Source: Saccostrea cucullata
Taxonomy: Eukaryota
Assembly: GCF_032062105.1 (NCBI RefSeq)
Contig: NW_026927343.1
Location: forward strand, 186,001-250,000
Length of the DNA: 64,000 nucleotides
Reading direction: 5' to 3'
The position numbers were made by a program, and so were the translations under genes. The notes under the pieces were generated by a model. It ran no database searches. It saw nothing but the letters and a program-made list of their open reading frames with translations, and was not told the DNA's origin. Positions 25,855 to 38,936 of the stretch are shown in pieces (position 1 is the first letter of the stretch; every line of letters starts with the position of its first letter).

Positions 25855-26215
25855 CAGGTCCAGCACAATACCCCGATAAAGGTATATACAGCTTGATAAA
25901 GCTATATAGCTTTATCAAGGTATTTAAAATACCTTGATGAAGGTATTTTATGTAAATGAAAATTCAAAAAAATTCTTTAAAACTTAATTACTGAACATGC
26001 TGAAAGTCGAGTTCTGAGTTTTTGTCAGTGTGTCTACTCGTGCATGAAAAACACTCTGGTATCAAAAACAAAAGCATAAAATAACGTCTCCTCACACGAC
26101 ACGTTTTTCTGCTGATTTGTTTGTGTTTGAGTACTTTACATGCATGGGTGAATTTACTGATAAGAAAAAGCGTTATCAAGCTGTATACCTTTATCGAGGT
26201 ATTGTGCTGGACCTG
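25855..26215. mobile_element. MITE with ~40-bp TIRs and a 5-bp TSD
   Basis: caggtccagcacaatacc..gataaaggtata / tatacctttatcgaggtattgtgctggacctg, flanked by GTAAG on both sides. Confidence 0.9.
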
Positions 26216-27630
26216 GTAAGATTATTCTAACTAGGTGTGTCCCTACACCAAACTAGGTTATACAGAAATAATTTGTGTTCCTTTTTAGATATTAACCAAT
26301 CAGAGGCGAGAATACAAACAAAATAAATTGTTATAGAAAAAATAATTATATTACTCAAACGGGCTATCATACCCTTTTTGGGTGGTCCCAATCTGTTCGC
26401 AAGGCGAATTAATGCCGAGTGATCTCAGTCTCTACTCTGTCAATAATTTTTCAGATTCTTTCTACCTTTTCTGGTTTGTTTTTTTTTAATATATTCGATC
26501 AGTGCATACTATTAATGCAAGATATATTACTGTATTCAGCGGCGACTCACACAAATCGTTCCGACGAAAATAGTTCCATCATTAATAAGTAGATATTACA
26601 ATATAATTGTTCATGATAAAAATAATGTTGTGTATATCATACGTAAAAGAAACCAAAATTAATGTTAATTTTTCCTCCAAAGATAACTTTCCCCCCTAAA
26701 TGCAAATAAAAAATGTTGATATTCCTACGCTCGCTCCCTCCTCAGCTTTTTTTTAAACATGTTTGATAACAGAGAATATCTAGGTCATTCTTCGTTTGAT
26801 ATTTTTTCACTGATGAATTGATTATACTATATCAACAACTGTAGTAAAATCATGTTAATTGTTCGTTAATTATCATAAAGTTTCCTTTAAGAGAAAAAAA
26901 ATAATCATTCTGTGTGTAGAATGTTAAATGACGGAATTTTCAATCCCTGAGCTGATTCCTGCACGTGTGTAGACAAACTACACATAGGGAGAGTACGTAT
27001 GAAATGTGTAACAAAACCCGAACTGGCCGGGGGATTTCTAAACTGACAATCGTTTAATTTTTATGAATCAGAATTTGTATTCATGTGATCTAATTATGAA
27101 AAAAAGTTCTGTCTGCCATCGTAACTTCTCTGTGAGCGGGAGTCCGTTTGACAACTCCATCGCACGTGTGTATAGACCAAGGCTAACTGGTCTTGCGGAC
27201 ATAGGTATGTGTACTGTTTGTTAGCACGGTTAGGAGACTGGGTGACCGTAATGCTACTGACTCACGAAATTTACACAAGTTCTATAACTATAACTAGACA
27301 GTGCAGTTTTATTTTTATAAACGTCATTAAACACTGTTAAACATATTAAATCTAAAAGTCGAATATCTTTGGATATGGGGTAACCCATATCCATTCTTGT
27401 TATTTTTTAAAACGGCTTCACACACCCTTCACCTTGTTCTTAAGTTGAATATTCCTAAAATGGCGTCAACTACTTCCTCATTCACAATTTTATTGTCGTG
27501 TCATTCCTTAAGTAGAGAAAACTCTCCATTCCATCACTTGTATATCAACATTTTCTTACCTTTTACTTGGATTTTGCCTTTCTGAGTTGCAAAAGCCAGC
27601 AATCAGTTCTTCCTTCGACTTTCGGTGGCA

Positions 27631-27642
27631 ACTTTCGGTTTC
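27631..27642 (-). promoter_or_regulatory. Candidate IRF-binding element (ISRE/IRF-E)
   Basis: GAAACCGAAAGT on the minus strand, about 70 bp upstream of a strong donor AAG|gtaaga at 27558-27559. Confidence 0.4.
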
Positions 27643-27709
27643 TTAAAGTAGTGCTACCAGTGGCTCACATATATGGCTCACCGATTGCGCCATAAATAAT
27701 TTCTGAAGT

Positions 27710-27814
27710 AGGTCTCATTCAACCAGACGCTCGGCTGTCTCCGTAAATCTCCTATCTCTGCTGGTGGGAGATTTACGGAGACAGTCAGTCGAGCGTCTGA
27801 AAAGATCCTGACTA
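27710..27814. mobile_element. ~100-bp palindromic MITE
   Basis: cagacgctcggctgtctccgtaaatctcc ... ggagatttacggagacagtcagtcgagcgtctg. A related half copy lies at ~5268-5330. Confidence 0.75.
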
Positions 27815-28564
27815 GCGAAAAAAAGACATTTTTTTTATTCGGAAGGGGGGATTATTAAGTTCCAATTAACTTCTTTCAGTACATTTTTTACACTAACATT
27901 AGGCTACTCGAAGTAAAAGTACGTTAAACGTCACCAGCACGCGTAGGTTTCGGAGATATTGGCACTCTTAAAAAAACTTATTAAAAAAAAACAAGATGAA
28001 CAGTTTCTGTCTCGGTTTGCTTTTACTTTTAACATCCCCCCCCCCCCCCAAAAAAAAAAACCTATACATTCCATAGAAATAGACAATATTTGAACCCTCT
28101 ATGAGTCTATTCTATCATTCAAAGTGACAAATTTAAATGAGTAAATACACGTTTGTTTGAAGATTTTGTTTTATTTTTTCCTTCCTCCCAAGAAGGTTTT
28201 GAAATTTGATTGTGGTAATGATATATTGATATTTTTTGTTCTGATCTCAACTGTCTGTTACACAATGCTGCATCCCAGTTTATACCTGTGTCTAAATATA
28301 AAAAAAACTTAAACCAGAATGAACCCCAAAAGTTAAACAATTTCATGACGGAGAACGTGAGAAACGCAGGATTTGGATGAGTGAAGGTCGACAACGTGGT
28401 ATGGGCCACGAATCCTATAGGAACTACAAGATTATCTTTTAAAAAAGATAGGTGAGCTAGCGCCGTAGCAATTTTTAAACACAGAAAGGAGGATCCGTGA
28501 TCAAGTGATTTATTTTGCTGAATTCTTTAAGTTTTATCGCGGCTGGAGAGTGATAAAATTATAA

Positions 28565-29020
28565 TTGTTTTGTGCAGTGTATTGTATAGACACATAGGTA
28601 AAGAAACGGGTGGTGGTGGGGGGGGGGGGGTTGACCTATTGGAGTTTTTACGCAACGAAACATTTATGACCTTTACTGGAGAGGGGGAGACTCTATATAA
28701 TATGGAGAAGATGTCGATTGAGGCATTGTCTTAGCTGGATTTAGAATAGACTTTCTTGGCAATATAGCAAAGAAAATACAGGGGAGTTGTTTTGTGAAGT
28801 GTATTTTATAGACACATAGGTAAAGAAACGGGTCGGGGGGGGGGGGGGGTGGGGGGGGGTTGTTGACCTATTGGAGTTTTTACGCAACGAAACATTTATG
28901 ACCTTTACTGGAGAAGGGGAGACTCTATATAATATGGAGAAGATGTCGATTGAGGCATTGTCTTAGCTGGATTTAGAATAGACTTTCTTGGCAATGTAGC
29001 AAAGAAAATACAGGGGAGTT
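28565..29020. repeat. Near-identical tandem duplication of ~225-230 bp
   Basis: ttgttttgtg.agtgtatt.tatagacacatagg...atacaggggagtt occurs twice head-to-tail; the copies differ mainly in poly-G length. Confidence 0.93.
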
Positions 29021-29479
29021 AAAAGGAATCTAGAAATTACCTCAAAGTGTATGTTGTATAAAGAAATCCAAAGTTCCGAATGTGAAGATGCGAAGTAGTT
29101 GCATGGTTCTTTGGGTCGTCTTTGTCAATTAAGAAATGTTAGGTTTAAAACCATACACATAATGATTTTTTTTTACGAATAATGGATTTATTCGTTATTT
29201 TCAGTGTAAATTCTTGTTTTTGGGATATGTAAGATGTAAGATTGGCCGAATTATCTTTGGTGGTAATTAGACGTAAAAAAAAACCTCCCTTGTCTTTGTT
29301 TAGGACAATCAGATAATGACCCGGGCTTTTCCATCAGAGAAAAACCCGTAAAATTTGAAGTATTACAAATATGTAGTTATCTTTTAAGTGTAAGCTACAC
29401 AATGCAGTTATTTAATGCTAAAACATGATACAACGAAATTGTTATCGTACGGTCTATCTATAGTAGTTTTCCCAGAATG

Positions 29480-31870
29480 CACGACCGTGAAGCCGAGCAT
29501 GCGTATTCAAGGAATGTGGACTAGCGCTAGCAACAAGCGCGCCAAAAGGTACTTTAAATCGTAAAGAGCTTCAATGTGCGCACGACGGTTTCCAAACCAA
29601 AGTATTTAATTAAGGACATTGACGAAGCCTCATAGTGTGATGTGCAATTATTCTGGAAGTTCATCAAACGTCAAAGACCTCGTAGCTCTCGAATAAATCC
29701 TGAAATAGAACTTGATGGTGTTACATACTCAAACCCAAAGGATATAGCCAACTGTTTCGCACATCACTTTGAACGTATACACAACCCACAGGATGACGGA
29801 ACCTTTAACTCTGACTTCTTCCAATTTATTGAAAATTCTTACAACAATCTGAAAACAACTACCAAAGTTCTAACTGAAAAATTTTTCCCAGGCGGAGATG
29901 TCACCATTGACGAAATTTCCATAATCATAAGTGAGTTAAAAAACAGAAAAGCTTCTGGGTTAGACATAATTCAGAACAAACATATTGTCTACGGAGGCTT
30001 AGAACTTAAACTGTGTATACGGCACCTTTTTAACTCTATCATAAAAACTGGTCAAATCCCAGACTCCTGAGAAAAAGACATTATTGTCCCTATACACGAG
30101 GGAAGCAACAAACCACGGAAATCCCCAGACAGTTATAGACCAATAGCCTTACTTCCATGCCTTCTTAAGATTTTTTGAAAAATTGTTATTAGGCAGGATA
30201 AAATCTCATGTTCTATCCGCTATTCATTTTCCAAACACACAACAACAGGGATTCCAGCAGAAGCTCGGCTGCCTCACTGCATCTTTCAACCTCCAAGAAA
30301 CTATATATCACAATATAAAACTTGGTAATCCGGCATGCGTTGCTTTCTTGGATACCCAGAAAGCATTTGACACAGTGTGGCGACATGGTCTTATGTCTTA
30401 AGCTGCACCGCCTGGGAGTACCTGGTAGGCTTTGGACTCTTTGGACTTCAATACGAAAAACTACCTGTTCTGTTGTGGTAAATAACGTTAATTCGAACAT
30501 GCTTCCAGTATGTAGAGATTTCGTCAAGGAGGGGTACTCTTGACATTTCTTTATTTGGTTTTTATTAAATGATCTACTTCTAGACATTCAAGATAAATGT
30601 CCCAATATGGGTATCTACAGCATTACAAGTTCTAATCCTGCCCTTGCAGATGACATTTCCTGTCTAGGGTTATATCCTGCAGCTACCCAAATCATTCTCT
30701 CCACAGCTTATGACTATTCTAAAAATTGGAGATATAAGTTCAATGTTGTCAGACAAGTCAAGTGTTCTTTGATTTTCCAAAACATCTACCAATTATTACG
30801 AGTCCCCAGTATGGTTTCTTGGTCCAGACTCTGTCTATATATCTAAAACCTATAACCATTTAGGAATTCTTCTTCAATCCAAACTCATCCATACCGAGAA
30901 AATTGAAAATGCATGCAGGAAAGGACGACAGGCATACTTTGCCCTCCAAATACAAGAACATCTTAACCCAGTCACCATATCACAGCTTTACACCAGAATT
31001 GTACTCCCTTCGACTTTGTACGGATGTGAACTTTGGTCCAACTTACATCAAAGAGATCTGCAAACCCTTAGCACCTTTCAGCATGCTGTTGGTCTACCAA
31101 AAGACACTAGATCTGATATCTGTGAATCCTTACTTGGACTTCTTCCGATTTCGTATGAAATTGACAAAAGAAAACTGCATTTTTTCGGCCGATTGTGTGA
31201 ACTGAATACCAAAACTCTAACTGAACAGATTTTTCTCCACCGGCTTTTTCTTCCTTACAGTCTCCCGAACTTAAACATTATGGCTTGATCAATGACGTCA
31301 TGGCTCTTTTTATAAGTATGACCTCCATCAGTACCTCCTTATATACTTACAAGATGGTTACTTCCCCCCAAAATACCTGTGGAAAAGATGTGTTAAAGCA
31401 GAAGTCACCAACGTACATCTGGAATCAAGACTTCAACGGATGTACTCAGAACCATCCTTTCTTCTTTTCAATACAACAACGGCAGGGAAATTCCGCAAAC
31501 TATCTGGGAAATTCCAAGCAACATCCACGAAATAGAAATTTGTAAATTTATTGCCAAGCTATGGTCTCTTTCAGACTATCCTCCAGAACCTTGTCCCTTC
31601 TGCGAAGGAAACTTCAGGAACATTTTTGAGCACATATCTACAACCTGCTTGGGCACACCGCCATCCGCGAAGTATGGTGGGATACAATGAGTGAAGACTT
31701 TGACATTATATTAAATGCCGAACTTTCCGGTCTCAGTCCATATGACCTATACCTTTTTCTACTAGGTGCTAGATCATTCTCAAGCGATCTCATTTTGATG
31801 GGCCAAGTTTACATAACTTGAATTTTCGTTTCCTCGAGGATATTGCAGGATGGTTTAACAGGCAGTTGCG
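29480..31870 (+). mobile_element. Decayed 5'-truncated non-LTR retrotransposon (LINE ORF2 reverse transcriptase, CR1/L2/RTE-X-like)
   Basis: Frameshifted fragments: LKNRKASGLD, SYRPIALL, QQGFQ, FLDTQKAFDTVW, ALADDIS, YGCELW, and a C-terminal CPFC...EH motif. Confidence 0.9.
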
Positions 31871-31906
31871 TAGGAGAACAGAGTGCCCTGTCTATACATA
31901 CTGTTA

Positions 31907-32034
31907 GAGTTTTATGAAGAGACTTACTTTTACAATCGACGACTGACTTCTACAATTTAAACAGTGACAAACTCCAATTACTAAAATGTAAAAGTCAACT
32001 GTCGAATGTAAAAGTAAGTCTCTTCATAAAACTC
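31907..32034. mobile_element. ~130-bp palindromic MITE
   Basis: gagttttatgaagagacttacttttaca ... tgtaaaagtaagtctcttcataaaactc, with TTA next to both ends. Confidence 0.75.
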
Positions 32035-32689
32035 CGTTAGCAACCTAGTTCTTTCTTTCTACCTTGTATATCGCTATAGTCAGCAACCTTGATCTTTCCT
32101 ATTGTAATATAATGTACACATGTATTTTTTTATTTCTACTAATTTGTACAAATTGTCCAATTTGGACGTTTGTACAAACTCAACAATGTCAACACTGAAG
32201 AACACTCACCCTCCTTACAAATCAACGTGAATCCTGGGTATTGGTAATGGTACATGTAAGTGTCCACAAGTAACTTCTGAACCAAACAAGCCCTTACATA
32301 AAGATTCTGTCTTGTCCCGTATAGTCCCAATGCTAGTAGTTCTAAATAACAAAAACCTATTCCCTTAATGCTAAGATAGACCCCTATCCCTGTATGAACC
32401 AATTCTATCGAAATTAATTATTTCAGTGCTGATACCCTCGCCTCCGTCTTCATTGTCACCCGAAATTGAAACTTTCAGTACTGGTAATATTTATTGTTAT
32501 TTACCTTATGTATTGATATTCAAATCCACATAGAATAGCATTAGTTAATATCTCTATTACTTAGTAGTTTGCTGCTTATAGACAGACATTTATATTTATG
32601 CATATTTGTTTTATATATACAAACACTTAAACAAAATATATCATTTTAATCTTTATTAGCTGACTTAAGTAAGCTTCTGCGATTATATA

Positions 32690-32914
32690 CCGTAAAAGTG
32701 GAAATTTTAGCGAGACGCAAATTTAGCGATTTCTACTTAAAATCTGGTATTTTATTTTTAGCGAGAAGTAATTTTAGCGATTTTAAAGTGCTAACTAAAG
32801 ACGCTATCACAAATAACACGCAATTAATTTTTAGCGATAGTCAATTTTAGCGATGTCAGCACCCTCGCTAATAATGCCAAAATTAAATCCTCGCTAAAAT
32901 TTCTACTTATACGG
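32690..32914. mobile_element. Tc1/mariner-type MITE, TA TSD
   Basis: ta|ccgtaaaagtggaaattttagcgag ... ctcgctaaaatttctacttatacgg|ta, with repeated internal ttttagcga motifs. Confidence 0.88.
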
Positions 32915-35900
32915 TATGTAATAATGTTACACATGTATATTTTTCTGTATCAACTTATATGTCAATAGCTTGAAAACAAGTATTTAAACGTAGGAAAGCC
33001 TCTTGCATATTGACTTATTGAGTCAACCGTGACACATCAACACAGTTTATAATAGGTAATTAAGTGTATTGTCACATGAAATAATTGACAACAGGAAGTA
33101 GTTATTCACATTTTCCATTCAATTCAGTTGTCAATTTGCAATAAACGTCTTGTTCGTGCTTAAAAACTTCCCAACATAAATCAGATATATCAGCCCTATT
33201 TAGATTCTTTCATTTTAAGTTGAGTGAAAATGAAGGTTATCAATTCATGTAACAATTTTTTTTATATAGAAGGTATGAATAAATTCTGCTTCATTAGGGT
33301 ACGAAAAACTTTATATTTTGATACCATTGCATTTACTGTGTATCAGAAAAAACTGAAGTATAATTAAAAGTTTGAAACGACTTTTCAAAACGTTTTGCCG
33401 GGCCTTAAATTGGTGCTCAAACTCTGGTCTAAGTTATCTTAAAATATAAATTGCATGCAAACACCTCGCTGAGATTTTTGGTTGTTATGTTGTAAATGGA
33501 TCTGTTATAAATCTGTAACAAGATAAAAAAAAAATGTTAGAAATTGATTTTAGTTAATACATGTATAATACTATTTGATCCGTTATCTAAGAAGTACAAC
33601 ATGGATTCGTGTGATAAACTCATGTCGTTACCTTAAACACAGGGATATTGATGACATAATCAACAGTCAGTAAACTGTGCATTTTTGAATATTTGGATCA
33701 CTCTGATTCTACACACAAGTAATATCAGGTTAATATTTAAAGGATTCTGGATTTTTTCATTGACAACATCTTTGTATCAATTGAATTGCAAGGTTTTCGA
33801 ACAATCAGTTGGATTTTCCATGGCAAAGGCCTTAATTTTGCTATTTTATCTTCCACTTTATTTTAATATTCCTTTAGCAGTATTTTTTTTCAAAAGCCTT
33901 AAACATTAAAAAAAAAAATTAGTCGCCATAGGATCCCAGTGAAATAAACGAAATCACAACAGAGTTTGTTTTATTTGTGTCCTAATAATGACAACTTAAA
34001 TGTTTGATAAATGAGACGGCTTCATCTTTTATGTCGTCAATGTTTCCTATAGAACATGTAAAAGAATATGTAGTAATACCCCAACATCTACTGAATATCG
34101 TATTTTAATCCAAACTTATTCGACTTACAAAAATGAAATTTATTTTCACAATTAGTTTTTATACCGATCAATCTTTCATTTACAGTTGTAAACGTAAAGA
34201 CGGTAATAAATCGTTCATTTCATAAACTTTTGTCCCCGACCTTCTTTTTTAGGATAATAATTTGCATTTAATAAGCTCTCTCACAATTTTTTTTAATTTG
34301 TAAAAGGGATCCATGGTTTAAAAATCAGGGGTGAGGCACAGTTGGTCACAAGATAAAAAATATGCTCATTTTTGAAATTCCATTTTTTCTGAAAGTGGAC
34401 GTATAGCAGAAATAAAATAAAAGAAAAATCTGCATCATACATATATTGTAATAATCAGGAATCTGTCTATCAAGATAATGATATTTGAGTTTCCCGTATA
34501 GGTCTGGAATGGAGACCCCATGGTAGAGCCAAGATTTCATACACGGTATATTTAATTTTTAAACATGATTGTGTCTTGTAAAATTCTTTCTATTTCTTGA
34601 CATATTGCAAACGCATGGTGGCATCAAGTTACATGTATTTGCCCTTTGATAACCTTATTATTGAAATGTGTATCCCCAGAACAGAGTAAAACGAGCTTAA
34701 TTGTACAGAACTTCCAACAAAAGCGTAATGTTTACTTTCCGTTTGAAACAGAAAGTCTTTATCGGGAGAACGTATTGATAAATAATTTCGCTTTGAATTT
34801 TTTTAATTGCTTGAAATATTTTAATTATAACTCTGTATTATATACCAAAATCTGAAATTTCTAAGACATAGGACATACACTTACTGTCAAGCTAAAGAAT
34901 ATCAATGATGTAGTCATGCAATTATCAGGACTGTAATAATCACATGGCATCTGATATCACCTCTGATGTTTTGGAGGTCCGTGTTTACTCTGCTCCTTTT
35001 TGTATTGTATTATTGACTTTGATCTGGAATACTGTTGGTTATCTCCATATATGTTTCATGCATTTAAATCCTACAATATCTTTATTGCGTGCTTTGATCA
35101 GATAAATTTGTACGTAGAGTGTTTAGCAGGTTTGCATGGAAGTGCAGATATATATTAACTTTATTTTGAATATGCAATACAATGACAGTATAAGGATGGT
35201 ACTGTGCACAGTATTTCTTATCAGTAGATTGTTTAATTTTGTTGGCGGTAACATTATATAAGTGTTAGCTTTCTGATTCAAATGCGTGTTTATTATTCAC
35301 TCATGTTATCGTAGGATAGGGACCTTGATAAGATAAATAAAACTGTATTTGATTGCACTCGCACTTTCTGATTACATAATAATAACATAAGTTCAAACAT
35401 TAGATGTCTCGTTTTTACGATATAGACGATACTGCGTGTATTCATTTGACACTAGAGCATTTCATGTGAACATATAATATATTATAGTAATGCTGTGTGC
35501 ATTTTTGAATGAATTCAAAATGCATTAATCTTGATTTTTAAAATCATCCTCTTTTAATTTTTATTGGTAGTGTTTGGTAATCTAAAAAGTACTGGTTTTA
35601 TTTGCTTGTCCCTCCCCTTGTGTACATTCTAACCCTTTTTGCATACTATATTAAATGAAACATATGGAAATAACGAACAGTATTCAAGATCAAAAGTCCA
35701 TAAAACAATACAATATAGGAGCAGAACAAACACGGACCCCAAAAACATCAAAAATGGGATTAGATGCCGTAGAGGAATAAGCATCCCTTTTTTGCACAAA
35801 TTCTGCTTCATATGAATACAAAAATATGTCTGCTAATAACGGCGCGCAATTCGTACCCATGGGAATCCCAATAGATTGTTGGAAGACCTGGCCTCATAAC

Positions 35901-36101
35901 TAATGATTCAGCAGTTTTCTTTTCTTGTTTTACAAACACAGTTTTTATAAAAACATAACTTTAGGGGGGAAAAATGAAATAATAAATTTATTTGCAAACA
36001 ATGGAACGCTGTTCAAAGAAAGTTAAAAAGATATGTCGAACATACAACATTATTATGCAATTTTAATAACATGTAAAGTTGTCGCTAAAGTTTCACGAAG
36101 T

Positions 36102-38936
36102 TCAATCCATTGGTATCCACCCCAGATAGATAAAACTACTGACGTCATTATTAAAGTCTTTTGCAAACCTCAAACCCGGGGCAAATACGGGTTTATAATA
36201 CAGAGTTGTTTCCCCTGTCAACCACGCCACCCATCATCCGAAGGTCCCCACGGATATAATCGTGTGGTTTATTAAGGACAACAGCGCCATATCCTCCATT
36301 CCAGAATTACCCAATGATATGTGCACATTTGTTTTGTTCTTAAACGCGTCCTTGGTCCACATGAGGTCATTCGACGCCACGATGAATAAAACGTTTGGAT
36401 ACAAATTTTCAAAGTAATCCATTGCGTTTTCATAATAGCTAGCATTAGGAGTTATTTGACCGTAGTCATTCACAGGTTTAGAGGTGTAGTCCCCACGTCT
36501 TACTTGCACTCCCACTAGCGTGAAATATTTGGAACAACAAGTAAACCCTGATGTTCCTATGATGTCTGCTAGCTGCTTCCTGGCTCTCTCTGTTATTTTA
36601 TCTTGGAATTTAAATGTCTGACGAAGACCGTTTTCATGCTGGATCCAGTATTTCCAGGACTGGAAATACCCATTAAATTTAGCACCCTGAAATATTGGCA
36701 CATTTATAAGTTGGTCATCGAATGAACAAGCCCATTTCTCGGAATAGATCGGGGTGTTATCACAAGCACCGCTTTCTTCACCCATTTGTTTCAACGTCGT
36801 TTTATTAATTTTGAAAACATCGCCGAGCTCAAAGTTTTCGGAGATTAAAGGATACAATCCTTTAGATTTAGAAACACTGTATAGAAAAGCGTACTGAAAC
36901 ATCAGGTTCCCTAGTTTTCCACGGAAACCTATACAAGCTTTCGGCAAACGTTGATGTGGTATTCTATTTATGGAAAGTAATTTGGAAATGATCACCAAAG
37001 CAGCAATCGAAGGCATCCTCTTTCTGCAAAAAGAAGTAAAGAGTAGTAAAAATTCAATGCACTGAATCTCCTATTTATTTGAGTAAGATTAGGTTATCGC
37101 TGCATGCTCTTGATCTGTTACAAAGATGTGTCAAACATTCTTGAAATAAATAAATACCGATCAAAATAAAGTTTGATATACGATGTATGACCCTGATATT
37201 TTCCGGTGGTATCTCGTTTCATTGTTCCATTTTTTGTTCAAAATTGAAAGCAAATAAAGCATCGAGAACAAAATTATCAAACTATGAAACTGGAATTGAT
37301 ATCAAGTATAATGAATAGCTAGAAAAAAAGTTTAAAGTCACAACAAAGTCTTTTGTAAATGTGTAAGTTATGTCGAAACGCATATATTATAACTGTGTTT
37401 GTTGTCACTCTATAGATAAGAAAATTATCCAAAAGCAGTCAGGCTATAAAGAGTCAAAAATGTTTTTTTTTTTTTTTTTACCCTTTGCATGCAGTGTTGC
37501 AATAGCAAGATCAGGGAGGAAAAAAAGAGAATTTGTATATTTTACATCAGACCTTGGTGATCAATTTGTACACAGAGATTCCTGTGACCTCTGTTGACCT
37601 TATTTAATTTAGATGACTCTTCCTTCAATGGAACTTGAGGGGAGTGGTTGATCATTATATTGGAATTATCTACAGCAAAAATGACTGCTAAATCTTCATT
37701 TTAAACATATTTTGCTTTTTCGGTATTTTCTAAATGTAAACTAAAGCGGGGAAAAAGATCAGTGACGGTTTTTTATTAACAAAAGCCTCATACATTAAGT
37801 AAACGAATCAAATGTAATCAAAATGGCAATGTTTTAGCATTGAATTTGTTTCCTACAAACACTACATTCGGATACTGTAAAACGAGAAAATTTGGCGCAT
37901 ACAAATTTTAGCGCAAACGCAAGTGGGAATGCATTAGCGCAAATATATTTTAGCGCTTGCACTTGTCAGTAAAATATATAAATTTGATATTTTGTTTTGT
38001 TTTGTTTTTATCCACACCCGTATTTGACCTTTTGGTTAGTCAAGCACGGAAACACATTAGTACTCCCGTACATCAGTAAATATTCGTTAACTTTACCACG
38101 GTACGTGTTGCTATCACATGGACGTGGCACAATGTTAATTATTAATTTTATTTCTATTTTCTATTAAAAGAAATGGAGTATTTACTCATTTAAAATCATA
38201 TAAAAACAATACATGCATCGACAGAAAATTACTTCGATAAAACGGTAATCCTAATTAGATATTGTCTGCAAGCTCAATCGCCATGCTTGATTGCATTCTT
38301 TACCTCGAGGCTATTGATGATTGACACGCCGAGAAGCCAAACTTTGAAGGTCCTAATGATAATAATCATGTAACAACTACCGGGGTAACAATAGTTTTAT
38401 TAATTAAATTATAATTTGGCAGAACTTTCTGTCTTCCGAACATGTGCAGAACTAGTGTGTATAAAAATTCCAATGTCCCTTCGACATTACGAAAGCGCGC
38501 GTTCCGGTTTACATGTACTTATGTAAAAGCTTTGAACACACACAAAAAAAATGATATTTAGAAATCCTTTAGCGCACAATAAATTTTAGCGCTCAGGGGC
38601 TCTTGTGCCAAAGGCGCTAAAATTAGTAGTGCGCCAAATATTCTCGTTTTACAGTATATCAAACACTAAATTTACTGTACTCACCACTCAGGCGAGCTGC
38701 AATATATTGACTTCATCTTAATTATTATAATTAACATGAAGTTGATATATACCTTTAACTGTTAAGGTATTCGAAATTAATATATAGCTTACTTTTACTA
38801 TTCGACTTAATTGCTTAAAATTATGCTGTATTGTCTAGAGGAGATAATTTTTTGACGCTGAGAGTATATCAACAAATTGAGTTCTATTCCTCTACGTACT
38901 CAGGAGATATTTTGATAATTTCCGCAAAAGCCTCAT
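36102..38936 (-). pseudogene. Alpha-1,2-fucosyltransferase (GT11, FUT1/2-like) pseudogene; exons 38900-38936 and 36102-37023
   Basis: Close paralogue of 51199-53560. It carries TGG>TGA at 36234-36236 (the frame continues to the ancestral stop at 36102), HVRRGDY>QVRRGDY, and an exon-2 start 1 nt shorter, which puts exon 1 out of frame. Confidence 0.85.
37875..38654. mobile_element. Tc1/mariner-type MITE, TA TSD, specific to duplication copy 1
   Basis: ta|ctgtaaaacgagaaaatttggcgca ... tgcgccaaatattctcgttttacag|ta. The empty site is at ~53270 in copy 2. Confidence 0.9.

Noticed and set aside
36234-36236. In-frame TGA as selenocysteine or programmed read-through
   Set aside because: It replaces a conserved Trp (TGG) by a single transition, not a Cys, and the same copy carries two other lesions.
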